A stretch of 61,944 nucleotides of DNA, filler included, from Choristocarpus tenellus KU-1152 (GCA_964200185.2; 8 parts of 8 records of this genome joined end to end with filler, not necessarily neighbours in it), one strand, 5' to 3'; counted from the whole stretch's first letter, positions 13,560 to 26,000 are shown. The notes: generated by a model from the sequence alone, not told the origin. Made by a program: numbers and translations.

Positions 13560-15512
13560 CTTCTTATGTAGTGATACCAATTGGTTGTGCCTCTGGGGTT
13601 GTCCACTGATTACTTTTGATGTAGACATCCATTTAAAAAATAATAATATTTGTGATGCCCTTTACAGTGTCCTCCAGAGTATGGTCTTTGTTTTAGTTTC
13701 TCGCTATTTTTTTCTTTTGAAGAAAGAGCTCTCATATTGGGGTTCGAACCCCGGATTGTAGGACACCAAGAGTGGCGACAGATGCACCATTAGTTGATCG
13801 GAAGTATAGGGTTTAGACAGGAAAAATACCTCCCCACCCTTTCGTCCTGTGTGTTCGCGCACCCACTCTTTAACCTCGACAAGGATGTCCTCGTCCAGAT
13901 CCGGAACGAAACGTCTCTCATAGGGCCCTTGCTTCGACACCTTGATATGGCCCTTAGTTAGGAAGTCTCTATCCCATTTACTCACAGTTTCCGACCTGAC
14001 CATTGCATATCCTGCTGCCATCTTGAGCGTCATTTGACAGTCTTTCCCGTTGTTCATGCATCTACATACACGGGTAAAGGATTCGTAGTGTTAGAGCCTT
14101 TACCGTCACATTTTGTTGTCGAGTGCTAGAAAAGGGCTTCATTCGTGTTTCCTGGGCGGGTGATATTTTATCAAGGAACAAGGGCGAGGGAGGACAGGCT
14201 TGAGTTGATCGAGAATTGTGTTGATTTCTCGAATGAATGCAGGCTAGGAGAAAGCCTTTATCAACTTTATACGTCCAACCCTAAGTCCAGGTACAAAAGC
14301 AAATGTACGGCATCTTGCAAGAAGTGGGAGACACCAAACCATCGGTGTGCAAATAAGTCTCAATCTCACCTTCTCTTTTTCCCTGGCGACCTCGTTGATG
14401 GCTACCTCCACCTGCTTCGTGACCTCTTGTAAGTAAAGGATTTGGTGATATCGAAAATTCTCCACAGCTGCCTTGGTTACAATTGCTTTCTCCTTTGCCT
14501 TGTTAGCCCTTTTGGTCTTCTTTCTCATTTCCTTAAGCGACTCTGGCTTGCACAGCTTCCAAACAGCCAGGACCTGCTGGAAATGTCAATTACTAAGCTG
14601 TTGTACACCCAGGTTTTCACTTAGATGTTTCCTAGGCACAATGGCACACGATTGCACTTTTTTTCTCTTCCCCAACCTTCCCTTGGCCAGGTCACTCAAG
14701 TTTTCCCTTTACTTGCTGTGACCAGGATTCCCCACCACAGACTTTGTCGCTGTACCACCTGATGATGGACTCGCCGCTATCTTCCTGCTTTTCCCAGTGG
14801 AGACTGCAGAGCAGTGCTCCAAAGTAGTTCTAACCACGTTTGTGTGGTAATGCTTTCAATGCATTTACACTCAGTGTCAGTATCGTGGTCTGGTGATTCA
14901 TTGTGCAATTTGAGCATGCTACTGCTCCACACTACTCACACTTTCTCATCAACTAACATTGCATTGAGTGTCACACGGTACTTACTTTTTGTCACCTATT
15001 GACCGAGAAAGTGCTGAGGGTAAATCCAGGGGACAGAGTAGGCTCGGTGTCTCTCCTTGTCTCATCGTTGTGGTTCTTGTTGATTGTTTGGTCAAGCGTG
15101 TATGAGATCTCAAAAGTCTGCAAAAGGTATTAAAAAGACTTCCGGAAATGATCCAGATTTTTTTTTCGGAATTGCCACAATCATTGTATTTGGGCAGTGA
15201 CCTAAACCGGACCAGTTTATTGTGGGGAATTTAGGCAACGAATTCATTTTCATCTGTTTTAAAGTTGTGAACATCAAAATTGCACCGCAAGAACCGCTTC
15301 ATTTTCGTCCAGTTTGAAGTCGAGACCTTCACGATTGCACCTGAGATGTTCCCCTGCTTTTTTGCCAATCTTTGATCCGGGAATAGGTCTTGTTCACTGG
15401 AGGTAGTACATTGATGCATACAACTTTTTTACACCTCTTGTCAAAAGCTTTCATCTGATATTCAAATTGTTGTGTACTTCTTGTGGTGATCCGGTGAAAA
15501 GAACCAAGATTA
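13560..15512 (-). mobile_element. Degenerate DNA transposon copy B (longer paralog of 3520-4870)
   Basis: ORF 13704-14057 near-identical to the copy A peptide; carries an extra ~520 bp (14300-14825) absent from copy A. Confidence 0.6.
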
Positions 15513-15569
15513 CTTAATAGGGATGAGTTGATACTACTTTAGTAAAATTCTATTTTCAATCATATTCAC

Positions 15570-16480
15570 AAGGAAACAGAGGTGGAGACGACAGAAATCA
15601 CGTAAGCCTGCATGTTCCAGCATTGAGGTCCCCTCCTCGACTCCTGCGTGGGAAAGGTCACCGTTGTCGGACTTTGGCGGTTTCTTGCTGAAGATATTTT
15701 GCCTCGACAATGGTAGGGTGGCGAAGAGGGCTCCGGCGAAGGCCATCAAGTCTTGCCTGAAGCCAGGTCGCCAGCCCAGCCCAAGTGGTTTGGATATGCA
15801 TCGTGATTGTAGGGCAGGCCGTGTGCACTTCTGCCCTAGAGTAGAAGTGATCAAAATAAAGCCTCGCCATGATTTTGTGCACCTTTTGCTGCACATGCAC
15901 TGACAACCTCGAGACTATGTTGGATTCCGCCGAGTGCTTGTGAACGAGCTTCGCATGAGGAAACAAGTGGCCAAGGAAGAGACGGCGCGCATGTCTCGGG
16001 AAGACTACCGCCCAGATAGTTGTGTGGACTCTGAGGCGTCGAAGGTTCAAAATGGTGTTGGCCTTGGCCCTGAGACAAGGGACTTGGCAAGCGGTAGTCG
16101 GTCCTTGTCCTGCTGTCGCTTTCCCTTGTCTGACTCAACGACCTATTAGTCGACAGAAACTCGCGGTGGTTCTCCTTTGGAAGTGTCCCATGTTGGTGAG
16201 GAACAATGACCAGATTATGAATCAGGTGAACACCGCAACTGGTAGTACGATCAAGGAGTGCGCGGAGGGTGGGCGGTTCACTGATATTGGCCCGTGTTTG
16301 TCGTACAACCCGCCAGCGTCTCGAGACCGCGGAACAACTTCTATTTCCGTCCGATTCCCCTCAGGGCCTGGGGGCCACTGCGCCTTTCATGCGTATGGAC
16401 AGGAGACAGCAGCAAGAGTATGAGAGCGTCGAATTGTGGGCTGGTACCTTACGTGATATGCATGGGAGATCGCTGTGACT
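15570..16480 (+). pseudogene. Multi-copy decayed ORF of unknown function
   Basis: In-frame ORFs 15664-15903 and 15934-16149 separated by a stop; KSCLK...RVHF motif; paralog at 8030-8590. Confidence 0.35.
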
Positions 16481-17087
16481 ACTTTGTAAATGTAAGCTCT
16501 TCCTTCCAGGAAGGTGTAGGTGTGTCGTGTGTGGAACATGGGGGGTTAAAGAGATGGAGCGTAGGTGTGTGGCGAGGAATAGGAGAGGATTAGTGCCTTT
16601 GGTGGTGTAACTGTGAGGAGGATTGTATATATGTTATCATTTCCAGGTCTCCTACCAAACACGATTGGGAAAGGGGCATGTGTACATGGTGAGAATTGTT
16701 TTGCCCTTTGCAGCAAAGCGATGTTGATGTGTTGTTATAGCAATTTTTGACGGTGATGTCTGCATGAACTATACATGCTAGAGATGGTTGTCAAAGGCTC
16801 CATGATTTCAGTGTGTGTTAGGTGTTAGGGTCTGAGGATGTTGTTAATGGAGGGGGGGAGACTGGAAGTTGTGTTGTCAAGGATGGCCCAGGTGTGCGTA
16901 GGAGAGACTGTTGGGGATTCCTGTACTGTTTGTCCATTATATACTGATTTATTCTGGAGATGTTTTGAAATGTATATAGAGAGGTCACTATAAGTAGAGG
17001 TATACATGTAATAAAGTGCATGTATGTAGTAGGTGCTGTGCTGTTGGTATGTACAAGCTTTGTTTCCATTTTGTAACGGTGTTTGTT

Positions 17088-17118
<31 letters not shown>
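17088..17118. repeat. Compound (TA)n(GT)n microsatellite
   Basis: TATATATATATATGTGTGTGTGTGTGTGTGT. Confidence 0.95.
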
Positions 17119-17699
17119 TTGTGAAGTTGAGTAGATTGTTAACAATTGGTGTTGATAGAAGACCTGGGCGCATTTTTGTCTTGGTGTAAAAGAATGGTGT
17201 GTGTGTGATGATGACTGAAGGGGGTCTTGCCTTTTTTGTTGTGTTCAAGATGTGATGGTCGTGTACATGTAGGCAACTTGAGAGTGTATTACTGGTTCTT
17301 CAAATGCAGAGAATTGGAGTTGGGTTTTGATGTATGTGTATTTGTGTGTGCTTAGGTTCTCTGTAATGTGGGCATAGTGTGACAACAACCTGCCTGCACA
17401 AGTCTTTCTATGTTTTGTGTCCAACCCATATCCCTCTATTCTCGGAGACCCCATTGTTTTTTTTGTTGGTTTACCGGGCGGGGAGGGGGTTGGGATTGAT
17501 TTTTGTGCGTTGGATATATGACCCCATCCCTGCCTCTTGAGGGAGTATTGACACGAGAGTTGATCAATAATGTGGAGAGGGGTGTATATATAACTCAAGA
17601 TCATCAGTACCGTAACTAAGGGCAGCTTTTGTGCTTCTGAATTTTCTTTCTGTAAAATTAAATGTAATTGGCACTGAGCCTACATGATAAAGATGGTTC

Positions 17700-20600
17700 C
17701 TGTTGGAATCAATCATCAAGAGCAAGTTGAAATGCAAAGTTTATCAGGTTAAGAGTCAATAATTTAATTTGTGTGAGAGATTTTTCTTTGTTATCACCAA
17801 TTCGAGGTCTGTTGCTGGAAAAAATGACTGATAGTGGGATAGCTGTTGAGCAGTAGCATATTCTTTCATCCATACGAACACTACTATGTACACCATCTGG
17901 CCAGAAACATGTATATTTCTGCTTTATAATACACTCCAACCATTTATTGCCTCAAATGAGAAGAAACAAGACGTACAAAGATGAGAGGGTGATCTTGCGA
18001 CTATTGCAGAAGCTTTATTTTTTCCCCAGCTAAAAGAGCTGTTTCTTCATCTATCCCACAAATAGCAATCAGTATTGTAATTGGAATGCTACTTGGGCTT
18101 ACAAAAAGACAAACTTCACTTGTTAAGTGCAAAAGGTAAAAGTATTGAAATAATATTTGTATGGGAAGGTGATATGCGCCTTATGATGAAAACTAAAAGT
18201 TGACAGTGTAATGAACCTGGTGAAGGGATGGTATTTTGTGCTATTAAAGAGTTAGAATTTGGAACTAACTATAATAGCTGCGTGCTATTGGGCTTGCCTT
18301 CAATGCAGCACCTATGATTATCAAATGATTATATTTTTCTCTGGTGATGAAGATTTTTATTCTTCTTCTTCCTAGTTTTCTTTGTTTTGGCCTTACGTAT
18401 TTTCATTTTAGAAAATGGTAAATCTGCAATAGGGAAAGATTTGGTTACCATATCTAACATCTCCTTCCAGATTAAAAAGCAACCTAATATATGTATCTTT
18501 TTGTAAAATCAAATGTTATCTTTTGCATTCCCTTTATTATTTATGCAAATGATTAAGCTTGTGATAAAATTATTATTATCTCAGATGGAGACAAAAGAAA
18601 TAAAGTTTCTTATCTTTGTTAACATCAGACCATTCATAAATTTATATAATCCATCATGGAAGCAGAATGGGTTTGTCTGGGTTGACAAAATATTATCATT
18701 TGCATATTAGTAAGGCTTATGCTAAAACTGGAGATAAGGCAAAACAACAAGACGGACCTGGGGATATTTTGCTTGTCACTTTTATTTCTCATTAAATAGT
18801 TAAATTCAGCTCCTATGCGAGGCTTTTTAGCAATTGAGTTTAGACTATCCACAGGCAGGGTGATAATTGGTGAAAGGACAAAAATGTATTTCTGATAAAC
18901 TAGTAGTGTAGGCTCGAGAGAAAGCAAGAAGTCAAGAGTTGTGATAGTCCAAGCAAAGAATAAACTACCAGAATATCAGAAATCGGCTTTATCTACAGAG
19001 TGTGCGAAGCTACCCGTCTCCGTGGCTACTAAAAAACAGTCGAGTTAACGCATCAGAAGCTCAGTGATCATAAGTTTTTTTAATAATGCTCGTAACGAAA
19101 TTCCTGAAAGACCGATAGATTTGAAACTACAAATTTTCTCTTCTAGTAAAGCATTTTGCAGATGAGTTTATCCAAGTTTCAAAAGATATTTTGGCTAACT
19201 GAACTTTCAAAATTTTACAAGGTGCCAACTATGGATGCAAAGAAAAGCAAAAACAATGCCGAAGGAGTCATAATAGGCATATTTATTTTAACTGTTGCAT
19301 TAGCAATTTTATTATCAGCAAACCCACTCTTAATCTTACTAAGATAACAATAAACTCTTCTGAATTTTCGTTCGTCTTTTTTTCCAGCGAAGAATCTGTG
19401 ATGGATTGGTGAATAGTTGAGATGTGGCGAAAAACTCGGACAAAAATGACAATATTTTTCTGGTATTATTCCTTAATTCTTCTAGCGGAACATCACAAAA
19501 GACAAGCTGTACTCAATAAATGGAAGGAAAATAATAACGTGCTGACCTGTATTTCTCAGCCCTTTCCTTTGTCACATTTAAATGAAGAATATTTAATATG
19601 TTACTTTGCGTTCTCCTGTGAATTGAAAACATCCCTTTTAGGTTATTATTGTTGTTAATATAAAATCTTGAACCAACTCGGTATTTTGAGAACAAGTAGC
19701 AGACCCTTTTAGAAGCATATTTGAATCAGCTTTGAAGAACAATAAGGCACTCGAAAAAGCAGCGATTGTTTTTTAGATAATGGAGAGGTTTGAAGCATAA
19801 GAAATAGAATAGTATAAGAATGTTCTTTAAAAACGGAGAATATATCCAATATTTTAGTATTTTTGGGGGTTTTCGCGAAAAATATTCGCTTGTTGAAATG
19901 TTGTACTAATAATTGTGTGCGCACTGCCTTAAAGTAGCTCTACTGATTTTGAATGTTGATAGTACGTTTTCCTATGTCTTTCCAAAGTATGCTTGACAAC
20001 TGGCTTTCTACAATGTTTTACTCAGATCATTCAACCAATTATTCTGTGTATGGATTTAGGTCTTAATCATTTAAGTTTAACTTTTTAACGGTGCTTCTGG
20101 TGTGTTTAGTCATTCTATAGTGGTGTATGACGGAAACAACGATTCTAGATATTTACACTGTACTTGGTAATAAGCTGCTTGTTTTAAAATGAATGATATT
20201 ACCTCCATCTCAACCTATTTCTGTTGATAAAATAGAAACATTTTTTGCTTTTCCTTATATTTTTCTTTTATTCCCTTTGGAACTAAAAGCTACCGATTTT
20301 GTTGTGATTGTAACTAGAGATCCATATGCTTGTAATAATTTCCAAGCTATTATCTGTCTGAGTTAGGTAACGTAATTTATTACATGCATCAGGATCCTTA
20401 TCTTCCATATCTTGGATATAAATGCTCGTACAATATGTTTCAATAAAAAACAATAATATAGTGTCCATTACTTCACCACTATATGCCATAATATTTCTCC
20501 TTATTTAAATATAATTATAGAGCTAATGTGCATGATCTAGTTAGTTGGAAAAAAGCAAAAACAGTAGTTGAGGAAAGAAAGGGAGAAGCTTGTTGCTCGA

Positions 20601-21495
20601 TGGGATTAAGATTAGGTCGTTTCTAGTGCCTTCGTTATCTATATCTATATATTATTTCTTGAACAGATAAAGGATTGAAAGTTGTCGCTAATTTTAATGA
20701 GAGGTCAGGAGTACGCATTCTCTAAAATATTTACTGTAAAATATTTACTGTAAAATATTTACTGTAAAATATTTACTGTAACTCGTAGCTAAATGAAAAG
20801 CTTTTACATCAGCCGGTTATGTTGATATGGCCCTACTACCAGATGACTACAAACAACAACAAGACGACAAAACAATAGTTGAGCCTTTACTATTATATAC
20901 AGTCAGGGGATGTGAAAAAATTTCAGTTTCGGTTACCACACTTTTGTAGGGGTATTAATAGGCAAGATAGCAGACAAATTCTTTACCAAGACCAAATAGA
21001 CTAAATGCAAACTCATCACCCTGAGAAAGCAAAAGCCCAGTCTGCACAGCAAGCTCTTCTTGTGTTGCATCTGGTGAGTTTGATAGCAATTCAGATCAGG
21101 TTAAATCAACACCACCTAGATCAATATAATATTTCTCTTAATTGAAGTTTTTATTATAAACGGCATAGTTACAGGAATTTTGATTATGGTGAATATCCCT
21201 CTGTCTTCATCATTTGTTGCTGATAGCCTTATAATTTCATACAATAATATATTAAAAGATAAGTTTGAAAGGAGATCCTTATGTCCAAATTATCTTGTTT
21301 CTGCCATTTTCTGTAATTTTGCCATAGTAAGTTTATTCTCTAGCCCCGGATCTGCTACATGTGAAGGTAGATGAATTGATTGCAAAATTAAAAGATGATT
21401 TACCACAGGTGCCATATGACGACGCTGGTCTATTGTTGACAACAAACCATTACTATTATTTGAATTAGGGATGGGCAATTCATTTTTCTCAAGGA
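17700..21495. other. AT-rich island of fragmented, decayed coding-like DNA of possible bacterial origin
   Basis: Visibly more AT-rich than flanks; no long ORF; SD-like AAGGAG 7 nt before the ATG at 20489 (-). Confidence 0.4.
20723..20781. repeat. Perfect 14-bp tandem repeat x4 (TAAAATATTTACTG)
   Basis: Directly visible; the unit contains the palindrome AAATATTT. Confidence 0.95.
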
Positions 21496-21501
21496 GGTGA
21501 G

Positions 21502-21771
21502 AGGTCAAAGTATCTGGGGGGGGGGGGGGGGTGGTTGGGGGGGGGGGTTTGTTTGGTGGTCGGAGGAAGGAGTANNNNNNNNNNGGGGGGTGGTTCGTGA
21601 GGGGGCTTCCGTTGTGGTCCGGACGAAGTGCTCAAAAATCACAGTAATTGCTGTCTTCAGTCGTGAATCGTCCGTGACTCAAGACAGCAATTACTGTGAT
21701 TTTTGAGCAATTCATCCGGACCAAAAGGGATGTCTCCTCACAAACCACGCCCCCCCAAGGTACTTTGATCC
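21502..21771. mobile_element. Foldback (hairpin) MITE with AAAGTA-type TIRs; contains the 10-N gap
   Basis: GGTCAAAGTATCTGGGG ... CCCCAAGGTACTTTGATCC; perfect 29-bp stem 21629-21657/21681-21709; same family at 61905 and 53006. Confidence 0.85.
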
Positions 21772-22099
21772 AGCAACGGTCCTCGTATGATGTATTTTGG
21801 ACTAAAAAGCATTTAGGATCTTCGCTTGGCGCTTGAGTGGATGTATACTGTGTTATTATGACTCAGGGAAGTTTCCGTTGGGTTCAATGCTTGGGGCCTG
21901 GGTGGTAGCCGCCGCTTAGTTTGGGTGTGGAAGAGAGGTCATCTGTTGTGGAAATCTCGACTTGTGCTGAAGATGGTGATGTGGAGTACGAGATGCTTGT
22001 GCGTCAACGAATATCTGGTAAGGTTTCTGCCAATTGCTCTGTGGTCCGATCAACGCAATGAGGGGAGGAGAAAGGATTGGGGTATGGCAGTGTGAAGTA

Positions 22100-23184
22100 T
22101 TAGAGGATGGTGGCAGAACGCTGTAAGGGAGATGAAATCTGGGTCGCAACCGGGCCAATAAGAACATGCGTATGAGGACACATATAAACACAAACTCTTC
22201 GGGAGGATAATAAATTCAATGTACCAAATGCACAAGTATATTGATTTAGGGAACGTCCGATCTCTACATCATAACATGTCTGTCTAGGCATATGTCGGAC
22301 TGGCGAAGTAGAGGGTGACTCACGAACAGAAATTGGCCTATGCTGCTCCTCAAAGCCGTGTCTGTCGTCAGTATGGTGGCAGTGTAGGGCTTGTCCAGAA
22401 CCAGGCCCGTGTAAAGGGGCGTCTTGTTCAATACTGTAGTGTTGGACAAGAATCTGCATATTTTGCAAGTCGCCATTCTCCCATTTGACCTCGTAGGGGT
22501 AGCTGACTCGCTCCTCTCTAACTTTCACCGTGTTTTGGGGCTGGTAGTTGGTCACGGTCCCTTGCATCCGCTGATCGTCCCATCTGAAGTATAGTCCCCT
22601 ACCCTTATCTCTGGCATTGAGTGTTTTACCCTCATCTAAATCCGGCACATAACTCAGTGTCGGTTGAAGGGGTACATATTTCTATATATATCCTTGCCCA
22701 TGTCCCTATGCTTCCGTCGGTGGTTGACAATGGACCGACTGCATTGTCTGACACACAGGGCTGCAGCCTTGTCACTGTCCCTCTTGTTCTTCTCTCGAAG
22801 TTGGTTGACACCCTCTTCGATCTCGTCCTCTGTCGTGTACAACCCCAGTTGAGGGGGTGAAGATTTTTCGCCATCGTCCGATAGGTAGGACACTGAGTAA
22901 ATGTACGCCTCTGAACCATCTACGTGAACATCACTGACCTTCCCCTGTACGATGGCCCCCCCACTCGCGCGTAGGATGAAGCTGGTTCCTTGACCGAACC
23001 TGGCGTCGGATGTGTCCCCAAGTCTTAGTTGCTTAGAGAAGCGAGCAGGTATCCCACCGAGAGATTGCCGGTTGGATTCCGAGGTGAACCTCTGGTATTG
23101 ACCAGGCAGGATCGTGAATGTGTTGTCCAGGTGGTTGTGGTCGATATCTGTAAAGTCTGGGATGATGATAGCCTGAAGGGACAC
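22100..23184 (-). pseudogene. Frameshifted intronless ORF with two Tudor/SH3-barrel-like segments
   Basis: GKVSDVHVDGSEAYIYSVSYLSDD and GTVTNYQPQ...YPYEVKWENGD fit the Tudor-like G.V....Y.V.(W/Y)..GD pattern; split over frames. Confidence 0.4.
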
Positions 23185-26000
23185 GACGCGGGGACCCGGT
23201 TGTGCGTCCTGCGTAGTGACGTGCTCTCGTTAACGTATGTTGTCAGGACGAAGACATTTCCAGAGGAATAGGAAAGTCAATCTTTGACCCTGACAATTCA
23301 AGTAACGTATGGATGTATATGCATTTAGCCCCCCGCTGACCCTGCAACAGCAGCAATGTGTACCGTCTAGTTCGCGCCTCGCGAGGCAGACACCCATGTC
23401 ATGCATGTGACTTACCTTTCCACTACCCATGTGCTTCTCCATGACAGTTCTCCCACACTCTAAGGAGCACCCGGAACAAACGGACCCCGGCCGACCAGGA
23501 CAAGGGAAAGAAGAAGACAAGAGGAAAGGGGAAGAAGAGTATACCAGGGGTCGGCGATCCAGACCCGGCGTCTGCCGCCCAGGTGGAGGAGGAGTGGGCA
23601 TCTCAACCCTCGAAGTCAAACTGGTATACAGAAAACGTATGCACACCAAGGGTGTCCTCATCAAGGGGGCTGTCCTGGAGGTCGCCATACAAGTTATGAA
23701 CAACCTAAAAAGGAAAGACGAGCTCAGGATAGACCCCAACGCCGATGACTCCTCAGCAGGGTCTTCAACAGAGGGTCCTCCTGCCAAAAAATACATCCTC
23801 AGCGACAAAGTAATCAACTCAGTGTGAGGTTGACCATCTCATCTCTCCACCGTATTTCAGTTTGTATGAAGACACATCACAATAAACACCCTAGTAGCGC
23901 ACATTGATGTAACCCCCTAACATCCGCAGGTGAAAAGGGACCTCGTGTTGTGGGAGGATGTGGAGGAGGGTACAAAATACCTGGACATCGTCAAATACTC
24001 TGAAGGCGTTACCCTCAACAGCAGTGACGAACACACAGGCAAGCAATTATATCATTGAACTACATAGGTTAAGATTCAAACACGGTTCCCTACACCAAAC
24101 ACACAACCTAGACTCTCACAGATCTTACCGACGACTTACAGTTTCACAACGAACATGGTCACAGGGTTCTCCGGTTTTATATGTTGCGAAGTTGCTCATT
24201 GAACAGATTGATTTATACTTTCTCAAAGTTCTACCGGTCGAAAAGAAACCGGCAAAAGAAGGCAAATTATGTCCCTATGTTACCAGCCCTGTTTGTCTCC
24301 TGTGTAATGGGCTCCAATAATCCCCCCAAGTGTAACGAATCGCAAGTACTCCAACCCATCCATCCTTTCCTCAGCCCCTGCCTCCTCCTCTGTATCCTGC
24401 CTCGCTCACTCGTTCTCACCAACCTCCATACAATCCCCTGCCTCCTAACGCTCTAACACCTCCCCCCGTCGTTTTGACCCGTACTTTGCCATGTCCTTTG
24501 CCTACTCCTCCACCATCACGGAGATAAATAGAGTCACAAACATTTTCATCACACCAGACAAAAACGACACGTCCAAGCACGACCTTGACAAGTTCGAGTC
24601 CGATACAAACGCCGCTTGCGAGAGAGAAGTCGCCCTTCTCCAGACCCGACCAGGAGGCGTCGTGATCACATGCACCGCCCTCGGAGACAACCTAGATCCG
24701 GATCGTCTCAAACTCCTCATGGACGAACTCTCCGCCTTCTGCAATTTTCAAATGATGAAGACACTGATAGCTGGTGGTGTATCCACGCCTATACCTTGCG
24801 CAAGACCCAAACCATCAGGTGACGAAGAGGAACAAGATAATACATCGCCTAGCCCTGCAGTAGGTACGGGAAGCAGGATTCCAACAATGGGAAGGAATGT
24901 GATCACACCCTCAGTACACGACTCTAAAGGCGACGGGAACCGATCCGTTTCCAAGGCTTTGTCAGATCTAGAGGAACTTGTAGAGGACGATGCGGGTGGT
25001 CAATCAGGCACGGACTCAGAGTCCACGCCTTGGGGGAGTGTTTGGGGAATGTCCCCAAACGCCCATTCAGTGCCCAGCGGCGGCGACGGGTCCCAAGTGC
25101 CGGGAAACCGTTACGACCATACTGTGGGCCGAACTAGAGTCCACAGCTCGGGGGAGTGACCCCGGAATGTCCTCAAGCGCCCATTCGGTGCCCAGCGGCG
25201 GCGACGAGACACAAGTGCCTGGGAGTGGTTACGACCATACCCTGAGGCGAACTGAGAAACGCGCCCGTGGCCATCCCACCCCAACCCCGAGGGACAAGCC
25301 TTCCAAGAAGGGCAGAGGGAAGGGGAAAAGCATTATAGGTAGGAACAAGAGGATGCGAGAAGTTGATGAACGAACCAGTCCACTCAAATAGCCTCGTGAT
25401 ACTGATGTGAGCGCTTTGGAACCTGCCTTCTTCACAGACGTCTTCGCTCCCACGAAAATGGGAAGATACGCCAGAAACACGTCTTCATCTGCATCGAGGT
25501 ATGACGATGATAATGAAAGTCTATCTCGTGGTGCTGAGGATTGCGCCACACGAGACGCGGCCGACTCCGGCGATGCATCCGATGTGGGGACCACCGAAGT
25601 CTTCATGGAGGCGTGCGTTACCAAGCTCCTGCGGTCGGCAACGAAACCTGCTTCTGCACAGTATCCAGCGCAGACTCAAATACTCACCCAGATCATCTAC
25701 AACCACGAGTTCTGGATCAGCAAGGCCGGTAAAGGGGCCGTTTCTATTGTTTTCGGGGACGAATGCTACGTCCACGAGCCCACACAGGTTAAACTCGGTG
25801 ATTGTGGAGGGAAGCCAGGCAACACGTTGCGTCCCGAGCATGTGGAAGCACTCCAGGCGAGGAAGGCTATCTTCTTGAGCCTCGTGACGACCGAACCTTG
25901 GAACGCCAGATACTCCACACATCTAAATCTATGACACCTTCTTGTTGAGGCATACCCTAAGCTCACAGAGTGGTGGGAGAAGGGGGACGAATGCAATTTC
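23185..26000 (+). pseudogene. Unknown multi-exon gene, decayed copy 1 (probable transposon-borne gene)
   Basis: Collinear paralog at ~29050-31700 (RMHTK.VLIK..VLEVA.QVMN.LKRKDEL; FMEAC.T.LLRSATKPAS); intron at ~23811-23929; stops and frameshifts. Confidence 0.65.
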
